DNA of 32,360 bases from a virus (taxonomy: Duplodnaviria > Caudoviricetes), in the IMG/VR virus record IMGVR_UViG_3300027819_000042, positions 1 to 32,360 of that record; one strand, 5' to 3'. The notes below the pieces were generated by a model. It saw only the letters and a list, made by a program, of their open reading frames with translations. It did not search any database and was not told the origin of the DNA. A program made the translations under genes and the position numbers. Shown here one piece after another: positions 23,504 through 32,360 of the stretch. How positions within the stretch are numbered: the stretch's first letter is position 1; each line of letters begins with the position of its first letter.

Positions 23504-24355
23504 ATGGCGGAAGAACAAGTCAGCACCCAGCCAGCAGTGGTGGACAATGCCGGCGAAACGGCGGGACAAGAAGGTTCGCCTTCCCCTGAAGTTGATTTAA
23601 TGGATACACCTGAAGGTCAGGCATTACAGCGTTCCAATCCTAAAGCGTATGAAAATTTCAGAGCGCAATGGACACGCAAGAATCAGGAAGCATCGTCTCG
23701 GCAAAAAGCATGGGAAGATGAGAGAGCGCAAATTATAAAAGAACGCGATGAATATAAGGAATCTATTTCAGGATATGAGGGTATTCTCTCTTTCCTTGAT
23801 GAACGTGCCGTGGAAAGCGGTTATGAATCTATTGATGCTTGGAGAGAAGCATACGAGAGTGGAACATTAACACAAAAACAAGAAACTCAATATGAAGAAG
23901 CAGTTGATGATTCAGGCGCAAGCAATGGTCTTATAACGAAATTGACTGAACGGCTTGACAAACTTGAAAAAAGCACCCAGACGCGAGAGCAGACGGAAAA
24001 TGCTGAACAGTCCAAGCAACAGATTCTATCGTTTCGCAAGACCATTAAGGATGAGTTTGGTGTAGATGACGTTGATAAGTACGCCGATGCTATGTTGAAG
24101 TTGCTACCCGGTCTCGGTGCGGTATTGCCGCCCGAACAAGCCTTGAGAATGGCGTACAACGCGGTCAAATTCCCTGACTTAAATGCCAATGCGTCTAAAT
24201 CTCAAAAGACACTTGAAGGTATAAAAAAGGGACAGCCGCCCGCCACAACACAGGGTAAAGTAACACCTGGAAATGCGAAAGGTACGAACAAGACGTATGG
24301 ACAGAGTGTTGTTAATATCCTTGAAGCTGGCAATGCGGCAAGAAATTCCCTTTAA
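23504..24355 (+). CDS. Capsid scaffolding protein
   Basis: Acidic N-terminus, coiled coil with WTRKNQE, directly before the capsid gene. Confidence 0.75.
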   Translation: MAEEQVSTQPAVVDNAGETAGQEGSPSPEVDLMDTPEGQALQRSNPKAYENFRAQWTRKNQEASSRQKAWEDERAQIIKERDEYKESISGYEGILSFLDERAVESGYESIDAWREAYESGTLTQKQETQYEEAVDDSGASNGLITKLTERLDKLEKSTQTREQTENAEQSKQQILSFRKTIKDEFGVDDVDKYADAMLKLLPGLGAVLPPEQALRMAYNAVKFPDLNANASKSQKTLEGIKKGQPPATTQGKVTPGNAKGTNKTYGQSVVNILEAGNAARNSL

Positions 24356-24373
24356 AACAAAGGAGAAAATAAA

Positions 24374-25591
24374 ATGCCTATAATGGAACAAGGAGTTCAG
24401 CAAGCCGAAGATTTGTTACAAATGAGTTCAAACGCTGTAGGGCAGGAGAAACAGGATGTTTCGCCTGTTATAATGGAGCTTGAGAAGGACATCACGCCCC
24501 TTGTAACACTCACAGCGAAAACAGAGAAGAAGAAAACGGATACGTACCGCTTCTTCTGGGATGAGGAAGATTTATTTAATTGGAGATTGCGGACAATCAA
24601 CTTTGGCGCAGGATATGATGCTGTCGTAACTACATTCGTTGTGGATGATGCGTCTGCGTTCATCCCTGGGATGATGTTCAAAGTACCGCGCACAGGTGAG
24701 TTAATGAGAGTTTCAACGAGTACCGTCTCAACAAATACAATCGTGGTTACAGCACGTGGATTTGCAGGGACAACGCCTGCCGCTCTGGTGAATACAGACC
24801 CCTTGATAATCTATAGTGCATCTATAGCTCAAGGTGGGAACGCGTTAAGTATTCTTCAGACAAAACCCGTTGAGAGAATAGGATACATTCAGAGCCTCTC
24901 AACGACTTACGGTGTGGACGATACCGTCAATTCGGAGAATGTCATTGGCGGGAATCCGCTTAAACGGGCAGAGTACAAAGCCGCTAAAATGCACAAGCTT
25001 CTGTGGGAACAAACATTCTGGCATGGCAAAAATTCAGGTAACTCGGCAATTGACCCGCTTAACGCAAACAAGAAACTGACAACCACAGACGGGCTTTTGG
25101 ATTTGTTAGAGGCTTCTGGAAGTGGAACGCCGATAATGAATCTCAACAGCAATCCCCTTACCGAACCGGAGTTGGAAGAATTTTGCGAGATGATTGGAAG
25201 ATATGGAGACAACCGCAAATTCTTCTTTATTGCTCCTGTTTTGGCGACGTTCATTAACAGTTTCGCACGGGATAAAGTAAGGATTGTTAAAGATACTTCA
25301 ACTTACGGTATTTCCGTGAAGAGATTGGAAATGTGGAGGGTTACGCTGGATATAATTGTCCACAACAACCTTGAGGGCGCGGTGTACGGCGGCTATGGCG
25401 TGGCTGTAGATGCTAATAACCTTGCCTATCGTTATCTGCACGGCAGTAATGGTAGTCAGGACACGCATTTACTCACAAATCGCCAACAGCCAAATGCGCA
25501 CGAGACCATCAATGAGTATTTCACACAGGCAGGTTTTCAGGTGAGTTTACTCAAGACACATGGTATTTTAAAGGGCGTGAAACGAGTGTAA
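24374..25591 (+). CDS. Major capsid protein (DUF5309/SU10-like)
   Basis: DVSPVI--L----TPLVTL...FFWDEEDL...E--FWHG...TTDGLL...HGILKGV; strong SD; hairpin downstream. Confidence 0.85.
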   Translation: MPIMEQGVQQAEDLLQMSSNAVGQEKQDVSPVIMELEKDITPLVTLTAKTEKKKTDTYRFFWDEEDLFNWRLRTINFGAGYDAVVTTFVVDDASAFIPGMMFKVPRTGELMRVSTSTVSTNTIVVTARGFAGTTPAALVNTDPLIIYSASIAQGGNALSILQTKPVERIGYIQSLSTTYGVDDTVNSENVIGGNPLKRAEYKAAKMHKLLWEQTFWHGKNSGNSAIDPLNANKKLTTTDGLLDLLEASGSGTPIMNLNSNPLTEPELEEFCEMIGRYGDNRKFFFIAPVLATFINSFARDKVRIVKDTSTYGISVKRLEMWRVTLDIIVHNNLEGAVYGGYGVAVDANNLAYRYLHGSNGSQDTHLLTNRQQPNAHETINEYFTQAGFQVSLLKTHGILKGVKRV

Positions 25592-25620
25592 AGAAATAAA
25601 AAATAAAGGACAAGGTAAAG

Positions 25621-25650
25621 AGCGGATGCGTTATGAACATCCGCTTCTTA
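25621..25650 (+). terminator. Hairpin after the capsid gene (weak terminator or stabiliser)
   Basis: AGCGGATG / 9-nt loop / CATCCGCT then TCTTA. Confidence 0.5.
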
Positions 25651-25669
25651 TCCCCTAAAAGGAGGCAGT

Positions 25670-26068
25670 ATGCAACAGGAAACAGTTTTTGTATCAGGTT
25701 CAGATTACAGAGTGCTTTTGAAAAATGGTGAAAAGAGTTTAGTAAACGGTCAAGAATTCAATCGTATGTCTAAGGTAGCGGAGTTCGCGCCCGACCCCGA
25801 ACTTGGGTTTGCGTATCGCACGAGCAATCCAGAGATTATTAAGACACTCAAAGATGCCATTGCGCGTGGATGTAACGATTTTAAACTTCTATCAGATACA
25901 AAATCCGTTGCGCCAGCCGAACCCGTTAAACCCGCACCAGAGGCACAGGAATCACCCGTAGCATCAGGCAAGCCGCAATCGGTATGCCCTGTATGCAACA
26001 AGACATTTAATGCAAAGGTAGTGCCTTTTATGCACGTTAGAACCCATCCAATGAAAAGAGAGGCGTGA
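25670..26068 (+). CDS. Hypothetical protein with C-terminal C2H2-type zinc finger
   Basis: CPVCNKTF......MHVRTH; SD AGGAGG. Confidence 0.75.
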   Translation: MQQETVFVSGSDYRVLLKNGEKSLVNGQEFNRMSKVAEFAPDPELGFAYRTSNPEIIKTLKDAIARGCNDFKLLSDTKSVAPAEPVKPAPEAQESPVASGKPQSVCPVCNKTFNAKVVPFMHVRTHPMKREA

Positions 26069-26409
26069 ACATGGATATTAACAGACCTTCAGTTTTAGAA
26101 ACAATGAATGATGCAATCCGTGATGTTTTGGCACACGTATCAAGGGTATCCCATGAACGTGGCTTTGCAAAAAGCACATATTACTTTGTCAATGGTTTAG
26201 ACCAAGATGTAACAGTCCAACCGCAAGCGTCCTATAATGAGAGTTTTACGGATATTTTTAACGTAGGTGCGCCGATTGCTATTGTTGCGGGAACGAAAGT
26301 CTATCAAACATTGTCAGACCGTCATCCGTTTACACGGTTTTCTGTTACGGCAGGTATTTTGCCGACAACGGGTAGTTTCAAAATAACAGCAGCACAGAAC
26401 GGAATTTAA
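26065..26409 (+). CDS. Small beta-rich putative virion protein
   Basis: ORF track; coupled. Confidence 0.65.
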   Translation: MNMDINRPSVLETMNDAIRDVLAHVSRVSHERGFAKSTYYFVNGLDQDVTVQPQASYNESFTDIFNVGAPIAIVAGTKVYQTLSDRHPFTRFSVTAGILPTTGSFKITAAQNGI

Positions 26410-26410
26410 C

Positions 26411-27046
26411 ATGACGGTACAGAATTTAATTGATAAAGCGCTTCGTCAAGTTGGCGAGGAGTCAACATACGGCTACGATACAGCCGAATGGATACTATGG
26501 GCGAATGAGGCGCAGAGGTTTGTTGTATCCGCGCTTGAGCCGCAGTATCTTTTAGGCGCTACTGTAGTTATACAAGATGCTATCCTGATTAGTTCTACCG
26601 GGGATACCGGGAATATCTCACTTTTAGCAACGACAAAAAAGTATATGAGATTTGTTAGTTTGCAGGCATATCGCGCCATAAACCCACAAATTATTTACTA
26701 CAAGAAGATTGAGCCTTCTGAAGTTTCGTATTACAGAACAAATATACTTTCAGTGTCTGATAAAAGTCCTATTTGCTGGATAGAGTATCCGCTCATTTGG
26801 TTTTACGAGGGAACGGGAACGGTATTAGGAACTACAAGGAAATTAACCTATATTACCGAACCCATTAATTTTGCGTTAGTTGGTGATGTTATAACTTACA
26901 CTGACACTGTCGGCGATATTATTTCCGTGTTCATGGCGGCTAAAGCGAAACAGAAAATGGAAGATTACAATGAAGCGGATAAACTCTTGACAGAAGCAGG
27001 GAATAGAATACAGATACTGAATTCTAAAGAAGGAGTCAAACAATGA
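26411..27046 (+). CDS. Head-tail adaptor / ring protein, paralog 1
   Basis: MTVQNLIDKALRQVGE...WILWANEAQR...Y--EP...IISVFMAAKAKQK. Confidence 0.7.
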   Translation: MTVQNLIDKALRQVGEESTYGYDTAEWILWANEAQRFVVSALEPQYLLGATVVIQDAILISSTGDTGNISLLATTKKYMRFVSLQAYRAINPQIIYYKKIEPSEVSYYRTNILSVSDKSPICWIEYPLIWFYEGTGTVLGTTRKLTYITEPINFALVGDVITYTDTVGDIISVFMAAKAKQKMEDYNEADKLLTEAGNRIQILNSKEGVKQ

Positions 27047-27690
27047 CATTCCAACAAATGATGTCAGATTTAATGTCAAGATTGTCAGATGTGAAAACAG
27101 AAGAGTTTCGTGAGCCTGAATTAAAGTTATGGATAAACCAAGCGTATGTGTGGTTATGCCGTAGGATTGCGACCATTGATAGAAAGGATTTAACTATTGA
27201 TGCGACAATACCATTTATAGCGGGCATTGGCGTTCTTCCGGCTAACTTTGGCGTTGAACAAGCCCTCATTATTGACGGTGTTATCCGTGCTCGTAAAATT
27301 GAACCGTCTGATATAGTGCACACATTAAGAAGCACACTTTATGCGCCATCTTACACGGCAAACGACCCAAAGTCCAATGTCGTTTATTACATTTGGAAAA
27401 ATACAATACGTGTGTTGCCTACTTCTATCACGGGTTCAAATAACTTACTCTATTATTTCATCCTTCCTTCTTATATGACAACGGATGATGGGGTAACAGG
27501 GACACCTATTGTGCGTGAGTTCTACCATGATATTATCGTAACGAAAGCGGAAGCAACAGCACGGAGACGCAAGAGCATCACAGGATGGGAGAACGTGGAT
27601 GCACTCGCAGAAAAGGAATTGAAATCAATCATTGACACATACACCATTGAAACTGAAATTGCTCAAGCGCGTGGAGATATACGACAATGA
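27043..27690 (+). CDS. Head-tail adaptor / ring protein, paralog 2
   Basis: MTFQQMMSDLMSRLSD...ELKLWINQAY...IRVLP...YF-LP...YHDIIVTKA. Confidence 0.75.
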   Translation: MTFQQMMSDLMSRLSDVKTEEFREPELKLWINQAYVWLCRRIATIDRKDLTIDATIPFIAGIGVLPANFGVEQALIIDGVIRARKIEPSDIVHTLRSTLYAPSYTANDPKSNVVYYIWKNTIRVLPTSITGSNNLLYYFILPSYMTTDDGVTGTPIVREFYHDIIVTKAEATARRRKSITGWENVDALAEKELKSIIDTYTIETEIAQARGDIRQ

Positions 27691-28490
27691 ATTTAGGACA
27701 GTTTATTTCCGAATGTGCTGACCAAGCGGGAATCAAACACGATGACAGCCGAGTAACCCGTCCGGCACTCGCTCATTGGGCGAGTAAGAGCATCGTCAAT
27801 TTCTTCACGGAAACGGAGTTGTGTAAAGATGAAACACTTGGTTTTGTGGCTCTTGGAACAAATGCGATAAGTACGTCAAGTTTTATCTTCTACGATGAAC
27901 CACAGCAATCGCCATCTGTAATTTCAGAAACCATGACTGCCATATCTCCCCTTCAATCTCAATCTGAAATTAACGCTCTTATTGCCACTGTCCCGCAATT
28001 TATAACCCAAAAAACCATCATCTACAAAATAGAGCGGGTGGAATACAACGGCTTGTTCGTGAACGCCACATCACAGGAAGAACTTGACCAGTTTGTTAAC
28101 TTATGGCGGGATAAAGCCCCTGTCCCACAGCCTACCCATTGGTGGAGTACGGGCGGCAAGATATTCTTTTACCCGCGCACCCTATCAAATGGCATTGTTC
28201 GTATCCGTTACGTTGCCATTCCAGCGCCCACTACCCTTGTGAACGATGTGGATAGCCTTGACGCCCTGCCATATTTCAATGAGGGCTTTCAGTTGCGGGT
28301 TGTGCCGCGTGTAGTGTGGCTCATTAAAACGCGCTTACGGAACGATGACGCACAAAGATACAAAGACGAATATAACGAGAATGTGCTGAAAACGAAACTT
28401 GAGGTAGCTGACCGTGAACCTGCAAGGATATTCACAGCGAGACGTGCAAGCGCAGGTGTGAAAAACATTACAGACGATATTCCGAGATAA
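27687..28490 (+). CDS. Head-tail adaptor / ring protein, paralog 3
   Basis: MNLGQFISECADQAG...LAHWA...P-HWW...IFFYP...IRYVAIP. Confidence 0.7.
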   Translation: MNLGQFISECADQAGIKHDDSRVTRPALAHWASKSIVNFFTETELCKDETLGFVALGTNAISTSSFIFYDEPQQSPSVISETMTAISPLQSQSEINALIATVPQFITQKTIIYKIERVEYNGLFVNATSQEELDQFVNLWRDKAPVPQPTHWWSTGGKIFFYPRTLSNGIVRIRYVAIPAPTTLVNDVDSLDALPYFNEGFQLRVVPRVVWLIKTRLRNDDAQRYKDEYNENVLKTKLEVADREPARIFTARRASAGVKNITDDIPR

Positions 28491-28492
28491 AC

Positions 28493-31360
28493 ATGGAAAA
28501 TCTTTTAGGACTTCAACTACCGCCGTTTATCGGTATGGACACACGAAGCAAGTTGACCGATATGCGTCCAGGGTATGTCCGTAATATGGTAAATCTTGAT
28601 ATTGGTGTAACAGGAAAGCTGCGTCCGCGTGAAGGATGGGGTTATGAGAGTGTGGCAGGCACAATTCTACAAACAACAGGTAATCCTACGAGCATTATTA
28701 ACGATGTCGTTCATCAGCGCGATGGCAATGGAATTTTAAGAACATTCATACTTCTTGGCGGTGCGGCTAATGTCGTCATGGAATATAACCATACCACAAA
28801 ACTGTTTACCACATTTTTTAATTTCGGTGCAGTAGATGAACCTAAGTCGGCTGTTCTTGTAGGCAATACACTTTACGTTGCTGTAAAGAATCCGTCAAGT
28901 GGCGCGGCAATTAGGCGGATAGCTTTGTATCCTACATCTGGCACAAGTCCGAGTAACGGTTATGCTTACGACAGCGCCATAAGGAAGCCATCGGAAATTT
29001 TAGCAGTAACAGATACAGTAGCGACAAGTGATTTTGCTGTGAGTTTTTCTAATACCGCAACTGAAGACCAGTATTTACAGGGAAATTCACCGTTGGTTGG
29101 TTTTGAAAGAACAGATTCATTTAGTATAGAATTCTTTGCAAAAATTCCTGCTTTTACATCTCCATTATTCATGTTTCTTTTTTCACAATTACGTTTCGGG
29201 GCTTACACAAGCGGAATCACAACATTCTTAAATGCCGATGGAAGTTTCTCTGTTAAAATTGCAGGCACTACCGCGCCACAGGCTATTCAAAAAACAACAA
29301 CAACTCTTGGATATGATAATAATTCAAAACACCAATTCGCATTTACTTATAATGGTTCGTCTCTTGCAAGTGGCTTGCTTATTTATGTTGATGGAACATT
29401 ACAAGCGACAACAACTAACTTAGATACATTGGCATCCAATATGAATATAGGTGGCTCAAATTTTAGATTTGGAAGAAAAGATGGGGCTGAACTTGCATCG
29501 TTAATTGGGACTGCAGATGGATTACGAATCTACAACAAGGTTTTATCGGCATCAGAAATCACAACTCATTACGCTGGTGGAGCTGGCTTGCATATTATCG
29601 CAGAAAATAATCTTGTATCTGGCTATAATTTCAATGAAGGTATTGGCACAACTACATCAGATGTTTCAGGAAATGGAGCGACACTTAATTTAATAAATAC
29701 TCCCACATGGGTTACACCTGGACTTACAACGGCTGGCGGTATTGGGTCAGGGGAACTTAATGGCACATACAGATGGCGCATTGTGCTTAAAGGAATTGGA
29801 TTTGACGGTAAAATTTATTATTCGCAACCAGGTGAGCCATCCAATGAATTGAAATTGATAAACCAAAATGCAAGTGTAAACACTACCATATTAGCAACAT
29901 CAGGTCTTGCAACTCTTAATGTTCTTATTTATAGAATTGGAGGAACGTTAGACTCTTGGCTTAAAATCCAGGAAAAGGCTATAGTCCCGACAGGTGGGAG
30001 TCTTGCCATCACAGATTCAATATCCGACATTAAACTTGCTTTAGACCCTAACGCCACACCCATAACCACCTTTGATAATGTCCAGCTTCTTAATGATGCG
30101 GTGGCAGGTGGGATACAATCCGCAAATACAAAAGACGTTCTCATTGAGTATTACGGCAATCGGCTATGGATTTGCGCGTCTGGTACGGACAATAAAATAT
30201 ATCCGTTCATGGAACAAGTGGGTTTGGACTGGAATCTTGAATATGCGCTTGTTAAAGAAGCGTTGGGCGCGGTATTTTCTGAGCCTGTCATTAAACTTTT
30301 ATCAACGAAAATAGGACTTCTTGTTTTTAAGGAGCATAGTATTGACTTAGTAACAGGAAGTTCACCTCCGTTCCGTGTAGAGACAATTCAAAATGAGTAC
30401 GGCGCAATCAATCGTAAGAGTATTTCAGTTGATAATAACGGTAGGATATTATTCCAGTCCCATAAAGGACTCATGCGGTTTGACCTGAATAACTTTGAGG
30501 ATTTGTCCTATTACGTTCAGCAGGATTTAAGAACATTTAAAGCCACATCTGCGGATGTTACATCTGTTTATTATAAGAACAAAGCGATATTCTTTATGGC
30601 ACATGGCAACCCAAGTAATAGCACGAACCAGCAGGCTTATGTGTTCAGTGATATTTCACAGGGTATGTCCGTCTATTCTAACCTTGCGCCTTATTGGGTC
30701 TTTGTCAATAAAGATGATTTACGCACACAGCAGGAAGAACTTCTACTTATTTTCTTATCCACTGACTTCGGTTACGGCGCACCTCTGCCAGCAGGTGGAC
30801 TCACACCTGTCGGTGGCGGGTACTTCATCGCTAAATTCGTTCCTGATATGGCAGACCATGAGAACTTAATACCAACTGAAATCGCCAACCCGATAACACT
30901 TGAGACAGGATACATTCAGTTTCCTATGGAACAGTCCTCACTCGTTAAAGTGCCAAGATATTTAGATGTTGATATGAAGATGACACTTGCACACGGCGCG
31001 GATAATGGGTTTATGAAGAATATCCGTTTTGCATTTGACGACCAGAACCTTCAAAATGATAACTTCAGTCCCACCTACCCTCCTACCATCCCTCCTGGCG
31101 GTGGTGGTGTACTTGAATATATTAAAATGCAAGGCGAATTAACTGTAGAGAATCCGAATATATGGCGCGCTTACTTTGCAAGAAGGGCTATATTTGCACA
31201 GGGAATAATAAATCCAGAAAAACATTTACGCGGTAACAATTTGAGACTTCTTTTCAGTGCCAGTGCGACACAGAAAGTAAATGAACTTGGTATTATCAGT
31301 TTATCCTATAAAGTGAAACCCGCTAAATACAGACATCGGTCAACACAGGTGAGCGTATAA
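28493..31360 (+). CDS. Tail nozzle / stabilisation protein (P22 gp10-like beta-propeller) with inserted LamG domain
   Basis: FIGMDTR...NMVNLD---TGKLRPREG; YYGNRLW; LLVFKEHSI; YGAINRKSI; LamG block SFSIEFFAK...IYVDG...LRIYNKVLSASEI. Confidence 0.75.
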   Translation: MENLLGLQLPPFIGMDTRSKLTDMRPGYVRNMVNLDIGVTGKLRPREGWGYESVAGTILQTTGNPTSIINDVVHQRDGNGILRTFILLGGAANVVMEYNHTTKLFTTFFNFGAVDEPKSAVLVGNTLYVAVKNPSSGAAIRRIALYPTSGTSPSNGYAYDSAIRKPSEILAVTDTVATSDFAVSFSNTATEDQYLQGNSPLVGFERTDSFSIEFFAKIPAFTSPLFMFLFSQLRFGAYTSGITTFLNADGSFSVKIAGTTAPQAIQKTTTTLGYDNNSKHQFAFTYNGSSLASGLLIYVDGTLQATTTNLDTLASNMNIGGSNFRFGRKDGAELASLIGTADGLRIYNKVLSASEITTHYAGGAGLHIIAENNLVSGYNFNEGIGTTTSDVSGNGATLNLINTPTWVTPGLTTAGGIGSGELNGTYRWRIVLKGIGFDGKIYYSQPGEPSNELKLINQNASVNTTILATSGLATLNVLIYRIGGTLDSWLKIQEKAIVPTGGSLAITDSISDIKLALDPNATPITTFDNVQLLNDAVAGGIQSANTKDVLIEYYGNRLWICASGTDNKIYPFMEQVGLDWNLEYALVKEALGAVFSEPVIKLLSTKIGLLVFKEHSIDLVTGSSPPFRVETIQNEYGAINRKSISVDNNGRILFQSHKGLMRFDLNNFEDLSYYVQQDLRTFKATSADVTSVYYKNKAIFFMAHGNPSNSTNQQAYVFSDISQGMSVYSNLAPYWVFVNKDDLRTQQEELLLIFLSTDFGYGAPLPAGGLTPVGGGYFIAKFVPDMADHENLIPTEIANPITLETGYIQFPMEQSSLVKVPRYLDVDMKMTLAHGADNGFMKNIRFAFDDQNLQNDNFSPTYPPTIPPGGGGVLEYIKMQGELTVENPNIWRAYFARRAIFAQGIINPEKHLRGNNLRLLFSASATQKVNELGIISLSYKVKPAKYRHRSTQVSV

Positions 31361-32265
31361 TGGTTGAATACAGAGAGACACATAAGAAACTGGCTAACTT
31401 TAACGACCCTGACTTGGATAGGCAATTCAAGGAACTCACATCCGGTAAACCTACATTCGCTGGTATATTCGCGGATAATGGCAAGCCGAATCCATCTAAC
31501 GCGCTAAAAGGTATGATAGGATTCAATACGTCCACACTGAACATTGAGATATGCGATGGCACACGGTGGATTGTATATGGCAATACAGACACAAAAAAAG
31601 AAGGAACTGTAACACCGCCGACTCCACCGACTCCGCCGGCACCCGCTCCATCAGCAGAGGGATTCGTTCATGTACGGTCAGGCTCCATTGACACAGGCGT
31701 TATACTACAAAGTTTCCTTGACAGCAGTGACCAGAACTTCAATCTAACAGTTACATTTGACACTCCATTTCCAACCGGACTTATTTATAGCGGTGTTGTA
31801 GCCGTTCAATCTTTAAGAGTTGACTTACGTGGAGCGAGTGATGGCAGTAATGTACTAACTACTCATGGAAGGGTTGTATCTGTTTCAAATACGCAAATAA
31901 TACTGAATTTCATATGGCATGGCGACCAATCTTTATTCAGGCAAATGATTACTGAGGCTACATGGATAGCATTTGCATCGTCAGGCACAAGCGGTATGTC
32001 TCTGCCATTCGTTGAAAAGTCAGCCGCCTATACTTTATCCACTTCCGATTATATGGTAAATTGTACGGCAAACACATTTACGGTAACGTTGCCTACGGCA
32101 GTAGGTATGATTGGCAAGTTGTATGAAGTAAAAAACACAGGCACGGGACTTATAACAGTAACCACTACAAGCGGACAAACTATAGACGGCTCAACAACGC
32201 AGGAACTTAACCAATACGATGCCATACTCGTACAAAGTAATGGCGCGAATTGGGTAGTTGTATAA
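31360..32265 (+). CDS. Tail fibre-like protein
   Basis: GMIGFNTST--IEICDGTRW; Pro/Thr linker; C-terminal AYTL---DY-V...TVTLPTA...QTIDG...QSNGANW domain. Confidence 0.7.
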   Translation: MVEYRETHKKLANFNDPDLDRQFKELTSGKPTFAGIFADNGKPNPSNALKGMIGFNTSTLNIEICDGTRWIVYGNTDTKKEGTVTPPTPPTPPAPAPSAEGFVHVRSGSIDTGVILQSFLDSSDQNFNLTVTFDTPFPTGLIYSGVVAVQSLRVDLRGASDGSNVLTTHGRVVSVSNTQIILNFIWHGDQSLFRQMITEATWIAFASSGTSGMSLPFVEKSAAYTLSTSDYMVNCTANTFTVTLPTAVGMIGKLYEVKNTGTGLITVTTTSGQTIDGSTTQELNQYDAILVQSNGANWVVV

Positions 32266-32274
32266 AGGAAAATA

Positions 32275-32360
32275 ATGTCATATTTTAACTCGGTGAGATT
32301 GCGGAACATAGTCAATGCACTGATAAATCCCGCTACGGAAGAAACACTCGTAACCGTTTA
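32275..32360 (+). CDS. Start of next late gene, truncated by the window edge
   Basis: SD AAGGA; MSYFNSVRLRNIVNALINPATEETL... open to the edge. Confidence 0.55.
   Translation, partial: MSYFNSVRLRNIVNALINPATEETLVTV

Noticed and set aside
19280-29740. Diversity-generating retroelement TR/VR pair from the two LamG regions
   Set aside because: Similarity is at protein level only; no near-identical DNA pair with adenine-specific differences and no reverse transcriptase in the window.
31612-31650. 9-bp tandem repeat
   Set aside because: Explained by the TPPTPPTPPAPAP linker of the fibre protein.
1-32360. Stop-codon reassignment
   Set aside because: Long genes are intact in the standard code; TAA, TGA and TAG (terL) all end genes at sensible places, and the gaps are filled by short coupled ORFs.
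1-32360. tRNA, tmRNA or rRNA genes; integrase/att site
   Set aside because: No T-loop/cloverleaf or recombinase motifs found by eye; tRNAscan-SE or ARAGORN would be needed to exclude them fully.

Overview
A 32 kb piece of a tailed dsDNA phage genome with podovirus-like architecture and no identifiable host. Left arm (1-13715, minus strand) is a tightly coupled early/replication region. It holds a truncated peptidase-type endolysin missed by the ORF track, a 3D-domain protein, a VRR-NUC nuclease, three paralogous HNH-AP2 endonucleases, a Bet/RecT annealase, a stand-alone CHC2 zinc-finger protein, a DnaB-type helicase without its N-terminal domain, a DUF4373-type initiator with internal iterons, two RHH-like regulators and many small ORFs. 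A ~1.3 kb non-coding switch region (13716-15048) has face-to-face promoters. Right arm (15049-32360, plus strand) is the virion module: terS/terL, a LamG fibre-like protein, portal, scaffold, major capsid, three paralogous adaptor/ring proteins, a nozzle with an inserted LamG domain and a fibre. The most unusual signals are small or non-coding. (1) Two sequence-unrelated 5' leaders share the same promoter / near-leaderless uORF / interleaved A-B-A'-B' pairing layout. (2) A repeated cassette of promoter-operator, ~40-aa Zn-ribbon and HNH-AP2. (3) A 10-bp-period array running into the promoter ahead of the structural genes. (4) Several genes bracketed by direct repeats at their start junctions. 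Protein family calls are from motif recognition by eye; no database searches or folding were run.
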